Assembly: GCA_963787445.1 (NCBI GenBank)
Contig: CAWBCT010000005.1
Location: 576,001 to 640,000 of the forward strand
DNA length: 64,000 nt
Direction: 5' to 3'
DNA from: an uncultured archaeon
GTDB taxonomy: Archaea > Micrarchaeota > Micrarchaeia > Micrarchaeales > CABMGC01
Positions within the stretch are counted from its first letter, which is position 1, and the number at the start of each line of letters is the position of its first letter. A program made the position numbers and the translations under genes. Of this stretch, positions 10,141 to 20,031 are shown in pieces. The notes beneath the pieces are model-generated. The model had not been told where the DNA came from. It searched no databases and saw nothing but the letters and a program-made list of their open reading frames with translations.

Positions 10141-10506
10141 ATGGCATCCAGCTACGTTGTGCTCGTTGTATTCTCCATCGTTGCGCTCGCGATACCAGGC
10201 TCGATAATACTCTTCTCAAGGCTCATAAGGCACCGCAAACCGAGCAGTTCGGCCTCGCGCCTCAACTTCGAAAGCGGCGAGCACACCATAGGCGTAAGCT
10301 CTGGGATAGTGCACGAGTATTTCCACTACTTCACCAGTTTCCTAGCCTTTGAGGTGGTCGCTGTCGTGTTGATCTTTTGGGTTTATGCAGTGCCCTCCGT
10401 GTCCATGTTGACAGACATCTACGTTTTTGGTTTTCTCGCGTTTGCAGTGCTGCTGCAGTACGTTGTAATACTCTTTGCGGCAGGAGGTGCACCTTCCCAT
10501 GGATGA
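10141..10506 (+). CDS. nuoA: Complex-I-like oxidoreductase subunit A
   Basis: 3 TM; FESGE and FLAFEV motifs; first gene of the nuo operon. Confidence 0.85.
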   Translation: MASSYVVLVVFSIVALAIPGSIILFSRLIRHRKPSSSASRLNFESGEHTIGVSSGIVHEYFHYFTSFLAFEVVAVVLIFWVYAVPSVSMLTDIYVFGFLAFAVLLQYVVILFAAGGAPSHG

Positions 10507-11050
10507 GCAGACTCTCAATTCAAGGCAGGAGATGAATAGCCTCACCACCGACTCCGCACCCTCGAGCAAAATAAAACCAAATGTGGCGTTCGCAAAGCTT
10601 TCCGACCTGATGAAACTTGCTGCAGGCGGCGTGGTGGACTGGTCCCGAATCAACTCCCTGTGGCCCATGCAGTTCGGCCTCGCCTGCTGCGCGATAGAGC
10701 TCATGTCCTTCGGATCCGCGAGCACCGACGCCGAGCGGAAGGGGTACCTGCTATTCCGCGCAACCCCGCGCCAGTGCGATGTGATGCTTGTTGCCGGGTG
10801 GGTTACAAAGTCGATGATTCCCGAGATAAAGCGCCTGTACGAGCAGATGGCCCGGCCCCGCTACGTCATAGCGTTCGGCGAGTGTGCCACCTGCGGCGGA
10901 CCCTGGTGGGAGAGCTACAACATAATAAAGGGGATTGACCAGGTCCTCCCTGTTGATGTTTACGTTGCCGGATGTCCTCCCCGGCCCGAGAACCTTTACT
11001 CTGCGCTGATGAAGCTGCAGAAGAAGATAGGTGGTGAAAATGAAGGTTGA
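10499..11050 (+). CDS. nuoB: Complex-I-like subunit B
   Basis: SLWPMQFGLACCAIE, TPRQCD, GECATCGG, PVDVYVAGCPPRPE. Confidence 0.95.
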   Translation: MDEQTLNSRQEMNSLTTDSAPSSKIKPNVAFAKLSDLMKLAAGGVVDWSRINSLWPMQFGLACCAIELMSFGSASTDAERKGYLLFRATPRQCDVMLVAGWVTKSMIPEIKRLYEQMARPRYVIAFGECATCGGPWWESYNIIKGIDQVLPVDVYVAGCPPRPENLYSALMKLQKKIGGENEG

Positions 11051-11408
11051 CCGCGCCGCGCTCGGGAAGAACATCGAGCAGATGAAGAAAGAGGGCTTCG
11101 ACTACCTTGTAAAGATAACCGCCGTTGATTATGTTGAGCATGTGGACGCGATTTACATGATTAGGAATTTGGAGCAAAAGAAGGACGTGCTAATCGAGGT
11201 TGAACTGTCCCCTTCGGATCTCTGGCTCGACACGATAATGGGGTATTATCCGGCTGCCGATTGGTACGAGCGCGAGCTCCAGGAGATGTTCGGGATAAAA
11301 ATAAAGGGACGCAAGGCGCCCCGCCTGCTTCTTGAGAAGTGGGACGGGAAAGGCTATCCGCTGCGCAAGAGCTTTGAGTGGAACAAGCCCTACGAGAGGT
11401 CAGAGTGA
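11040..11408 (+). CDS. nuoC: Complex-I-like subunit C
   Basis: ITAVDY, AADWYERELQEMFGI, GYPLRKSF. Confidence 0.9.
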   Translation: MKVDRAALGKNIEQMKKEGFDYLVKITAVDYVEHVDAIYMIRNLEQKKDVLIEVELSPSDLWLDTIMGYYPAADWYERELQEMFGIKIKGRKAPRLLLEKWDGKGYPLRKSFEWNKPYERSE

Positions 11409-12502
11409 TGCCGCTTACACGAATAAACATAGGGCCCATCCATCCTGGCACCCACGGAGTGACCCGCCTCGTCGTCGATCTTGACGGGGACACCATAGTG
11501 AATGTCGAACCCCACATCGGCTTTCTTCACAGGGGCGTCGAGAAGCTGGCCGAGACGCGGATGTACATGCAGAACCCTCCCTACATGGAGAAGCTCGACT
11601 ATGTCGCGCCCATGAGCGCCGATGATCTTTATGTTTCTACCGTTGAAGCGGCGCTCGGCATCCAGGTCAAGGAGCGGGCGAAGTACATTCGCACCATACT
11701 GCTTGAGATCCAGCGCATAGCGAGCCACCTTTTGTGGGTGGGCATGATAACCAACGACCTGGGCCAGATGTTTACGGGCTTCATGTGGGCCTTCCGAGAC
11801 CGCGAGCTGTTCCTCCGGCTGCTGCAGGAGGCAACCGGCCAGCGCATGTTCTATGTGAACACCCGGCTGGGAGGGGTTCTCCGCGACTTTCCGAGCGGCT
11901 TTGAGGAGCACGTCCTCGGGACCCTCGATCATCTCGACAAGAGGCTGGTCGATTACCACCGCTTCATAGACCGAAATCCCATTTTCAAGGAGAGGATGAA
12001 GGGCGTTGGCGTGCTGAAGACGGAGGATGCGAAAGCGCTTGGCGTAACCGGTCACGTTCTCCGCGGCTCCGGAGTGCAGTACGATGTGCGCAGCTCGAAC
12101 CCGTACTATGTTTATAACGAGCTCAACTTCAAGCCGCAGGTGCAGAACGGGTGCGACAACCTCGCCAGGTACACGGTGCGCATGCTTGAGCTCAAGGAGA
12201 GCGCGAGGCTGATCCGCTACGCCTTCCAGAAGATGCCCGCCGGCGATGCCCTGGGCCAGCCCGTCAAGCTCGTCGCTCCAAAGGTTCAGAACAAGGTCGT
12301 CACAGTCGCCCGCGAGTGCCCGCGCGGAGAGGAGCTGATGTACCTGGTCGCAGGCGACCAGAAGCCCTACCGCCTTGCGATACGCTCGCCCACTTTCATA
12401 AACCTTGCAGCGCTTAACCAGATGGTGCGCGGGCACCGACTCGCCGACCTTTATCCTACCTTCGGGACTCTAGACCTAGTGATGGGAGATGTTGATAGAT
12501 AG
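11408..12502 (+). CDS. nuoD: Complex-I-like subunit D
   Basis: NIGPIHPGTHGV, GFLHRGVEK, RIASHL, ECPRGE, DLVMGDVDR; no NiFe-binding CxxC motifs. Confidence 0.95.
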   Translation: MPLTRINIGPIHPGTHGVTRLVVDLDGDTIVNVEPHIGFLHRGVEKLAETRMYMQNPPYMEKLDYVAPMSADDLYVSTVEAALGIQVKERAKYIRTILLEIQRIASHLLWVGMITNDLGQMFTGFMWAFRDRELFLRLLQEATGQRMFYVNTRLGGVLRDFPSGFEEHVLGTLDHLDKRLVDYHRFIDRNPIFKERMKGVGVLKTEDAKALGVTGHVLRGSGVQYDVRSSNPYYVYNELNFKPQVQNGCDNLARYTVRMLELKESARLIRYAFQKMPAGDALGQPVKLVAPKVQNKVVTVARECPRGEELMYLVAGDQKPYRLAIRSPTFINLAALNQMVRGHRLADLYPTFGTLDLVMGDVDR

Positions 12503-13490
12503 CATAGCGCAGTGGTTTTCGTCAGGGCTCGGCTCGCCCAGCCTGCTAGTCTCCGGAGCATTCGTGCTGCTCTACGCGATACTCGTCTCCATCCTGATGT
12601 TCGCCTTTGCCTACCTCTTCGGCTGGGTCGAGCGCAAGCTGCTCGCAAAGCTCCAGTACCGGCACGGCCCCACCTACCTCGGCCCGTTCGGCAGCCTGCA
12701 GAACTTCGCAGACCTGATAAAGCTCCTTGCAAAGGAGGCGGTCTCGCCGCAGGGCTCGGACCGCATCCTCCTCGGGCTGGTTCCGCTCGTGCTCGTTGCA
12801 ACGACGATCTTCATCGTCCTCCTTCTGCCGTTCACCCCGGGAGTCCAGGCATCCAACTTCGGCCTCGGCCTCCTTTTCGTATTCGTCATCCTGAGCTTCA
12901 GCCCGCTCCTGATGTTCATCGCAGGAACCTCAACCAACAACAAGCTCGCCGCGATAGGCGCCCAGCGTTCCGTGCTGATGCTGATAAGCTACGAGATTCC
13001 CCTGCTCATCGTCATGATCGGCGTGGCGCTCGCCGCGCACGGGTTCAGCCTAGACGCAGTGCTAGCTGCCCAGTCCTCCCTGCCGTTTGTAATACTGATG
13101 CCTCTCGGGTTCATCGTCTTCTTCCTGGTGATGCTTGCAGAGATGGAGCGCCCGCCCTTCGACCTCCGCGAAGCCGACTCGGAGCTGATCGCGGGCTGGC
13201 TCACCGACATCAGCGCGCCCTACTACGCGCTCGTGCTGCTGCTCGACTACTCGCGCATGTTCATGGGCTCCCTTCTCATTGCAATCCTGTTTTTTGGGGG
13301 CTGGTCCGGCCCAATCCTGCCGCCAATAGTGTGGCTTGTGCTAAAGGCAGTGATAATCTCGCTCGCCATAGTGGTGATACGCGCAACCGCAATGCGCATG
13401 CGCATCGACCGGGTGCTCAGGTTCGGGTGGCTGTACCTCATGCCCCTCGCATTATTAAACCTTCTAATAACATTTATCATTTTGAAGTGA
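12489..13490 (+). CDS. nuoH: Complex-I-like subunit H
   Basis: ERKLLAKLQYRHGP, ADLIKLLAKE, ISYE, AEMERPPFDLREADSELIAG. Confidence 0.95.
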   Translation: MLIDSIAQWFSSGLGSPSLLVSGAFVLLYAILVSILMFAFAYLFGWVERKLLAKLQYRHGPTYLGPFGSLQNFADLIKLLAKEAVSPQGSDRILLGLVPLVLVATTIFIVLLLPFTPGVQASNFGLGLLFVFVILSFSPLLMFIAGTSTNNKLAAIGAQRSVLMLISYEIPLLIVMIGVALAAHGFSLDAVLAAQSSLPFVILMPLGFIVFFLVMLAEMERPPFDLREADSELIAGWLTDISAPYYALVLLLDYSRMFMGSLLIAILFFGGWSGPILPPIVWLVLKAVIISLAIVVIRATAMRMRIDRVLRFGWLYLMPLALLNLLITFIILK

Positions 13491-13494
13491 AACC

Positions 13495-13857
13495 ATGCTC
13501 GAGCCCCTCCTGGAAACGATAAAAGTGCTCGGCCGGCCCAAGTTCACCACGGAGTTTCCTGAAGAGAGGGAGTCCCTTCCCGACAGCTACCGTGGGATGT
13601 TCAAGCTCGACATGCCCACCTGCATAAGCTGCTCGGCCTGCGCCATCATCTGCCCGAACAAGACCATCGAGATGGTGGAGACCCCCACCGAGCGCGGGCT
13701 AAAGAAGATGCCCCAGATAGGGATAGACCGCTGCCTCTTCTGCGCCCTCTGCGCCGAGGTCTGCCCTCCCAAGTGCCTTACGCTCACAAAGAATTACGAC
13801 GCGCTCGAGGCCTATGACAAGCGCGACTTTGTAAAGAGGCCGGAGGAACTGGAGTAG
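13495..13857 (+). CDS. nuoI: Complex-I-like subunit I (2x[4Fe-4S])
   Basis: CISCSACAIICP and CLFCALCAEVCP. Confidence 0.93.
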   Translation: MLEPLLETIKVLGRPKFTTEFPEERESLPDSYRGMFKLDMPTCISCSACAIICPNKTIEMVETPTERGLKKMPQIGIDRCLFCALCAEVCPPKCLTLTKNYDALEAYDKRDFVKRPEELE

Positions 13858-13862
13858 ATTTC

Positions 13863-14339
13863 ATGCTTGAACTCATCGCCTTTGTTATTGCTCTCGCATT
13901 CACCCTAGCCGCCGCCATCGCTATCTTCCTGGAGAAGAGCATGCTGCGCGCGGTCGTGGCGCTGGCCCTTGCGATGACCGGCAGCGCCGTGCTCATGTTC
14001 GGGATTGGCGAGAGCATGATAGCGCTTTTGCAGCTCCTCATCTTCGTCGGAGGGCTTTCCACCTACCTGCTCGTTGCGATAGCGCCGGAGAAGCGGAGGC
14101 CGACCGGGCGGGCATGGTTTATCGGACTCGCCGTGGTCCTCGCACTCTCGCTTGCCGCCGAGGCCTACTACGCGTCGGGCTACGTGATGGCCGTGCCGGG
14201 AACCGGTGCTATCCAGTCCTACGCCGGCTACGCGTTCCAGAGCTATTACGCGGTCCTCTACGTAATTGCGTTTGCGCTCTTCACAACTGCGATAGGCAGC
14301 GTGCTGGTGATCCGAAAGTTCACCAGGTTGATAGTATGA
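13863..14339 (+). CDS. nuoJ: Complex-I-like subunit J
   Basis: Hydrophobic; ALLQLLIFVGG motif; operon position. Confidence 0.85.
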   Translation: MLELIAFVIALAFTLAAAIAIFLEKSMLRAVVALALAMTGSAVLMFGIGESMIALLQLLIFVGGLSTYLLVAIAPEKRRPTGRAWFIGLAVVLALSLAAEAYYASGYVMAVPGTGAIQSYAGYAFQSYYAVLYVIAFALFTTAIGSVLVIRKFTRLIV

Positions 14340-14647
14340 TCATGATTTTCTCCTACCTATCGGTGCTGTGCGCTGCGCTGGTCGGGATAGCGCTTGCAGC
14401 AATCGCCACGCAGAAGAATCTGATAGCCATCGTGCTTGCGGTGGAGCTGATCTTCGTGGCCAGCACCCTGGCATTGGCGGACTTCTTTTCCTACGGGACA
14501 ACATCCCCTTCGGCTGGCCTGATACTTTTCGTCGCAATATGGGCTGTCGCAGCGATAGAGGCCATAGCGCTGATAGCGTTCTACGTTTACATGAAGGCGA
14601 AGGGCCACGATCTTGAGATCGATCTTCTCTCGAGGCTGAAGTGGTAG
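14336..14647 (+). CDS. nuoK: Complex-I-like subunit K
   Basis: 3 TM; NLIAIVLAVELI and AVAAIEA. Confidence 0.85.
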   Translation: MIMIFSYLSVLCAALVGIALAAIATQKNLIAIVLAVELIFVASTLALADFFSYGTTSPSAGLILFVAIWAVAAIEAIALIAFYVYMKAKGHDLEIDLLSRLKW

Positions 14648-14648
14648 C

Positions 14649-16427
14649 ATGCTGGCAATACTCTTGATAATCCCGCTTCTGCTTGCGCTTATCCTAGTCG
14701 CAGCACTGCCCTCTCCGCTTCGAAAGTATGCCAAGTACATCGCTTTCCTTGGTTCTGTTGCAAGCCTGACCCTGCTCGCCTACGTCTCCACCGGAAGCTA
14801 CTCGTCTATCTGGTTCAACATCGGCACGCTCTCCTTCACCCTTGATCTCTCTGTCGGCTCCATAAACCTGCTGCTGCTTCTGATAGTCCTCCTCACGGCC
14901 CCGCTCGTGCTCCTGTACTCTTGGGGCTTCATGGACACGCCCAGCCAGCAGAAGCGCTTCTACGTCGAGATGCTCGGCTTCGAGGCCGCCATGGTCCTGT
15001 TTGCCATGAGCGCCGGCTTCATAACCCTGTTCATCGCCTGGGAGCTGCTGAGCCTCATGAGCTACCTGCTGATTGGCTTCTGGAGCGAGCGCAGGAAGGC
15101 CGCCCGCTCGGCGCGGAAAGCGATAACCTGCGTATTCATAGGCGACATTGCGCTGCTCTCCGTTCTCGCGATTGTTGCCGCCTCTTTCGGCACGTTCTCA
15201 TTCAGCTCGCTAATCGGCGCCGCCAGCTCAAACCTGCACGCAACAATTCTGATCGTACTTCTGCTCTCTGTCGCAATACTCTCCAAGTCCGCCCAGTTTC
15301 CTTTCGCGGAGTGGCTGCCCGACGCCATGGAGGGCCCCACCCCTGTGTCCGCCTTCCTTCACTCGGCCACCATGGTGAAGGCCGGGGTCTTCTTGCTGGT
15401 GCTCCTGCTGCCGCTCTTCCAGATCACCGGCCTTAACTATGTGATAATGGCTGCGAGCGCGATAACTGTGGTCATCGGCACTGTAAATGCGATGAAGGAG
15501 ACGCAGGTAAAGCGCGTGCTCGCCTACTCGACCGTCCAGGAGCTCGGCCTCATGCTCTTCGCGGTCAGCTCTGGCGCGGTTCTTGCCGGGCTCTTCCTTC
15601 TCTTTGCGCAGACCTTCTACAAGGCGGTGCTCTTCCTGGGCGCAGGGGCGACGATGAAGGCGACCGACAAGGAGGACATCCGCGAGCTCTCCGGCCTGCG
15701 CGAGAACATCCTGATCTATCTTCCTGTCCTGTTCGGTGTGCTCTCGCTTGCCGGCTTCATCCCCTTTGACGGATTCTTCTCGAGCCTGGTTCTCGGCTCA
15801 TCGTTCTCAGCCAACCTCCTTGCCTACCTTGGAATAAGCCTAGTCTCGATGCTGAGCAGCGCCTACATCTTCCGCTGGATGCTTAACATCTCCAGGAAGC
15901 CAAAGAGTCAGTCTGAGAGCATCCACTACGGCGCGATGCCCCTGAGCATGGTCATTCCAATCCTGATATTCGGCATCGCGACACTCGTTGCTTCAGCGGC
16001 CTTTGTTTACTTCCCCTCATTCATCAACTCAGGGCAGCCCAGCTTCTCCCTCCAGACCCCTCCCTTTACGTTCTCGCTGCTCGATGTGGTTGCCGTCCTG
16101 GCCTTTGTCGCGGCAGGCGCCGCCATAAGCTATTTTGCCTACGCAAAGAAGTGGCATCTTAGGTCCCGCGTACTCGGGTCACTGATGCTGAACGGCCTTC
16201 TCTTCGACAGCCTCTATACGCTGGTGGCAAACTTCTTCCTGCTGGCTGGCGAGGCGGCAGCGCTCCTGGACCGTTCCATCGATGGATTCTTCGAAGGCCT
16301 TGGGAGTGCGACCATGTATGCGGCAGGCGGAGTGCGCAGGGTTTCGTTCGGAAAGGTAAACCTCTATGCGTTGGCTGTGGCGCTCGCCATCCTAATAATG
16401 GTGGCGGTGGTGTACTTGGTGAGGTAG
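14649..16427 (+). CDS. nuoL: Complex-I-like subunit L
   Basis: WELLSLMSYLLIGFW, KSAQFPFAEWLPDAMEGPTPVSAFLHSATMVKAG. Confidence 0.95.
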   Translation: MLAILLIIPLLLALILVAALPSPLRKYAKYIAFLGSVASLTLLAYVSTGSYSSIWFNIGTLSFTLDLSVGSINLLLLLIVLLTAPLVLLYSWGFMDTPSQQKRFYVEMLGFEAAMVLFAMSAGFITLFIAWELLSLMSYLLIGFWSERRKAARSARKAITCVFIGDIALLSVLAIVAASFGTFSFSSLIGAASSNLHATILIVLLLSVAILSKSAQFPFAEWLPDAMEGPTPVSAFLHSATMVKAGVFLLVLLLPLFQITGLNYVIMAASAITVVIGTVNAMKETQVKRVLAYSTVQELGLMLFAVSSGAVLAGLFLLFAQTFYKAVLFLGAGATMKATDKEDIRELSGLRENILIYLPVLFGVLSLAGFIPFDGFFSSLVLGSSFSANLLAYLGISLVSMLSSAYIFRWMLNISRKPKSQSESIHYGAMPLSMVIPILIFGIATLVASAAFVYFPSFINSGQPSFSLQTPPFTFSLLDVVAVLAFVAAGAAISYFAYAKKWHLRSRVLGSLMLNGLLFDSLYTLVANFFLLAGEAAALLDRSIDGFFEGLGSATMYAAGGVRRVSFGKVNLYALAVALAILIMVAVVYLVR

Positions 16428-16431
16428 TTCT

Positions 16432-17807
16432 ATGGTAGCTCTCTTTGTTTCCATCTTTATTTTGCTTCTGTGCGCACTTCTAGTCTCAAACGTACTGGCG
16501 GTGCTTCTCAAGAGAGAAGAGACTGCAGTTCATACTTAACATCCTGATACTGCTTCTCCTCTTCCTTTGCCTATACGGCATCTATTATGCTGGAAGCTAC
16601 GCTCTGTACGCCAACCTTGTCGAGATTACGCCCTTCTCCCTATTCTTCATGGGGCTGTTTACCCTGGGCCTGCTCATAAGCAATCTTATCTTTTACCAAT
16701 ACTCTGAGAATTACGAGTCCCTTACTCTCCTGAGCTCCTTCATGCTCATCGGCATGTATCTGGTTGCGGCCTCCTCCTCCCTGATCACAATCTTTCTCGG
16801 GCTGGAGCTTGCGACGATGCCCATGATCTTCTCAATCCTCCTCTCGAAGAAGAGCATGGAGGCGTCTGTCAAGCTGTTCGTAATGGGCGCCATAGCCGCT
16901 TGCCCTCTTCTCGTTTGGCATGGTTCTGGTTTACGGAGGAACCGGCAGCCTGAACCTGACCACCAGCTCCAATGCCCCATTCCTTCTGTTCGCCTTCGTG
17001 CTGCTCATAGCCGCCCTTGGCTTCGAGGCCTCGATCTTCCCGTTCAACCTACTGATACCCGACGTCTACGAAGGCTCTCCAGCCTACCTCACCGGGGTGA
17101 TGGGTGGAATAAACAAGAAGGTCGGTTTTGCAGCCCTCATGCAAATCCTGATACTGATCTTCATCGTATACCAGTCCGCATTCCTCGTGGTGGCAATCTT
17201 CTCGGTCCTTACGATGTTCTATGGCAACCTCTGCGCCCTTCGGCAGAAGAACCTGAAGAGGATGCTCGCCTACTCCTCCATAGCCCAGTCGGGCTACATA
17301 CTCATCGGCATCGCCACCTACTCCGCCGCCGGAATAACGGCATCGCTGGTGCAGATCTTCGCGCACAGCATCATCTTCATAGGCGCGCTTGCGATAATAG
17401 CCTGGCTCGAGGCGAACAACAAGCAGACCATAGACAACCTGGTCGGCCTGGCACATGAGAACAGGTTCGGGGCCTTTGCCCTCGCGTTCTTCCTCCTGGC
17501 CCTTGCGGGACTTCCATTTACGCTAGGCTTCGTAGGCAAGCTGCTTATTTTCTTGAGCGCCATAAACTCGGGGCTGCTCTGGCTGGCCGCCATCGGAATA
17601 CTGAACACGATGATCGCGCTTTACTACTATGCGAAGCCGATAATGGCGATGTACTCGGGGACCTCGAGGCGCAAGCTGCCCATGCCAACGCTGGTGCTGA
17701 CCGCAGTTGTCCTGTGCCTCCTGATAGTCCTGCTCTTCGGGATATACCCGCAGCCTTTGATAACATTTGCCAGCAAACGCCAGCGCCCAGCTCTTCCGCT
17801 GACCTAA
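16432..17807 (+). CDS. nuoN: Complex-I-like subunit N, broken by about 3 single-base frameshifts (near 16515, 16900, 17776)
   Basis: Consecutive frames give FLGLELATMP, EASVKLF, PDVYEGSP, KRMLAYSSIAQSGY, LAGLPFTLGFVGK, YYYAK, GIYPQPL. Confidence 0.88.
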
Positions 17808-19192
17808 AGTATCAGGAGAAAGGGCAGTATGCCGAGCACAACGGTGCAGCATGCAAGGAACAGCCCGGAGAGATAGATCTCCCTATGTATCCGCTCGACA
17901 GGTTCGTTCTCCTCCTCACCGCCGATCATCTTCTCCACAACCCAGAACAGGAAGCCGGCCATAAGCAAGATCGCAAGGAGAGCAACAAGGCCGGGTATCC
18001 CGAATGCTCCGTAGCCTCCTATGAAAATCAACAGGTCGCCTAGGAAGCCCGCCGTGAGCGGGAGCCCAACCGCGGCAAAAACCCCGAAGATGAAAAGATA
18101 GGCCACTCCCCTGAACTCCTTGATCACGCCGTACAGGTTCTTTATCTCAAGGGTCTCGTAGGCCTCTCCCAGCGCACCCGCCATGAGGAAGAGCAGCGAG
18201 ACCGCTATCCCGTGCGCCAGCATTGCGTAGAGGGCGCCGTCCAACCCGACCGTTGTCCCGGATATTATCCCTATGGCGACTATTCCCATCTCCACTATGC
18301 TTGTGTAGGCTATGGCGCGCTTCAGGTTGCTCTGCCGGGTCGCCACGAAAGCGGCGTAGATCGCGGAGAATGCGAAGAGGACCACCAGATAGCTGCTGTA
18401 CTCCAGCGCCAGGGGTATCATGAGCGTAAGCAGTATCAGCCCGTAGCCGCTGAACTTGAGCAGGACGCCCGCGAGCACCATGCTGCCCGTCGCCGGCGCC
18501 TCGGTGTGTGCATCGGGAAGCCATCCGTGCAGCGGGAACACCGGCATCTTTATTATGAAAGAGAGCATGAGCAGCACCACCACCGCGAGCTGCACCATCA
18601 GCGGGATGCTCGCCGACTGCGCTATTATCGTCGCTATGTCGAAAGTCTGGGTGCTTGTGTAGATGAGCAGTATCCCGAGCAGCAGGAGCAGGCTGGAGAT
18701 GATTGAATATATGATGAATTTTATCGCGGCGTGCCTCTTGCCCAAGCCGCCGTAGAGCAGTATTATGAAGAACATCGCAAACTCGGCGATCTCCCAGAAA
18801 ACATAGAACAGAAGCAGGTTTGACGACAGGAAAAGCGCTATCGCGGAACCCTGCACAAGCGCAAAGAGTATCCCGTAGGTCCGCTGGTTCTCCCTTATGA
18901 AGCTCTTGAAGACCAGCGACGCTGCCAGGAAGACTATGGCGCTCATCAAGACCAGAATGACGGAGGTTGAGGTCGCCTGGAACCCGAAGCTTACCCCCAG
19001 CGAGCTGATGTAATTGTAGCTGAATGCGCTGGAGACGTTGATGTTTGAGTAGAAAACAAGGAGCAGCGCCAGCAGAAAGACCAGCACCGAGGCCGTTATC
19101 TGCACCAAGCGTATGCCTTCCTTATCAAGTAGAAACATCGGCAGTATTGATAGGAAAGGTATTAAAATAATGAGAGGCAATATTGGAAACAT
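17804..19192 (-). CDS. nuoM: Complex-I-like subunit M (convergent with the operon)
   Basis: FYVFWE, IKMPVFPLHGWLPDAHTEAP, LAGVLLK, IAYTS, GLPLTAGF. Confidence 0.93.
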   Translation of the reverse strand: MFPILPLIILIPFLSILPMFLLDKEGIRLVQITASVLVFLLALLLVFYSNINVSSAFSYNYISSLGVSFGFQATSTSVILVLMSAIVFLAASLVFKSFIRENQRTYGILFALVQGSAIALFLSSNLLLFYVFWEIAEFAMFFIILLYGGLGKRHAAIKFIIYSIISSLLLLLGILLIYTSTQTFDIATIIAQSASIPLMVQLAVVVLLMLSFIIKMPVFPLHGWLPDAHTEAPATGSMVLAGVLLKFSGYGLILLTLMIPLALEYSSYLVVLFAFSAIYAAFVATRQSNLKRAIAYTSIVEMGIVAIGIISGTTVGLDGALYAMLAHGIAVSLLFLMAGALGEAYETLEIKNLYGVIKEFRGVAYLFIFGVFAAVGLPLTAGFLGDLLIFIGGYGAFGIPGLVALLAILLMAGFLFWVVEKMIGGEEENEPVERIHREIYLSGLFLACCTVVLGILPFLLIL

Positions 19193-19245
19193 CAGTGCAC
19201 CGAGCTAATCTGATTGAGTTAACAAAGTATTTAAATCGTGATTTT

Positions 19246-20028
19246 ATGGAGCCAGACCCTTCCCAATCTTCAAAAGAGTTAGAGGAAGAGATCAGCAGGA
19301 CCGTGAAGGAGCACGGGGAGCTGATAAGCAGAGAGAAGGCACGCGAGCTAATCTCCAACAAAAACCAACCGGCACCGCAGAAAAGAAAACTCACCGCCGC
19401 TGCCCTGATTGCTGCAAATCTCCAGGACGGAGAGGTTGTTGATCTGGAGGACAACGTTTATCGCGTATTCAACAAGGTAAAGTTTAATCGGAACGGCAGC
19501 GCAGGCGTGAATAGGATAGTAGTTTTTGGAAGCGAAGGCAACAGCGTTAAGACGATCCTATGGGAAAAGAGCGCGGAGTTTCCTGACGCCATGCAGATAC
19601 AACGCAAGGACAAGGTTCTCGCAACCAACCTGCGCGTGCACAAGAATGGAGATGAGACAGAGTTGTACAGCAGCACTTCTACGTATTTTTCAAGAATAAC
19701 ACCATCAAAATCTTCAGTGACCGACTTTTCACAATTGAAAGGTGGGGAGAGGAACATCGATATTATTGGGAGGATAGTTTCAATCGGCTCTTCCCGTTCC
19801 TTCAAGAGCCTAGGCGGCACAGAAAGTAGCGTCTCTGACTGTAACATAAGCGATGGCAAGATTGAGGCGAGAGTGTCATTATGGGGTTCTTGTAGCACTT
19901 ATACAACAGAAATGCATCCCGGCGAGTTTCTTAAAGTGGAATTTGCTTCGGCCAAGCTATCAGAAAACGGATTAGAGTTAAGTGCAAGCGACGCGTCACG
20001 GATGCTTATTAGCAAGCGTGCCTTGTAA
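19246..20028 (+). CDS. OB-fold ssDNA-binding (RPA-like) protein
   Basis: Two OB folds, e.g. NIDIIGRIVSIGSSRSF...SDCNISDGKIEARVSLWG. Confidence 0.75.
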   Translation: MEPDPSQSSKELEEEISRTVKEHGELISREKARELISNKNQPAPQKRKLTAAALIAANLQDGEVVDLEDNVYRVFNKVKFNRNGSAGVNRIVVFGSEGNSVKTILWEKSAEFPDAMQIQRKDKVLATNLRVHKNGDETELYSSTSTYFSRITPSKSSVTDFSQLKGGERNIDIIGRIVSIGSSRSFKSLGGTESSVSDCNISDGKIEARVSLWGSCSTYTTEMHPGEFLKVEFASAKLSENGLELSASDASRMLISKRAL

Positions 20029-20031
20029 GAT

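Noticed and set aside
11408-12502. Group 4 NiFe hydrogenase large subunit
   Set aside because: Both CxxC metal motifs are absent; the sequence is NuoD-type.
11390-13522. Long alternative-frame or antisense ORFs (348 aa, 336 aa and similar throughout)
   Set aside because: Shadows of GC3-rich genuine genes, with no motifs.
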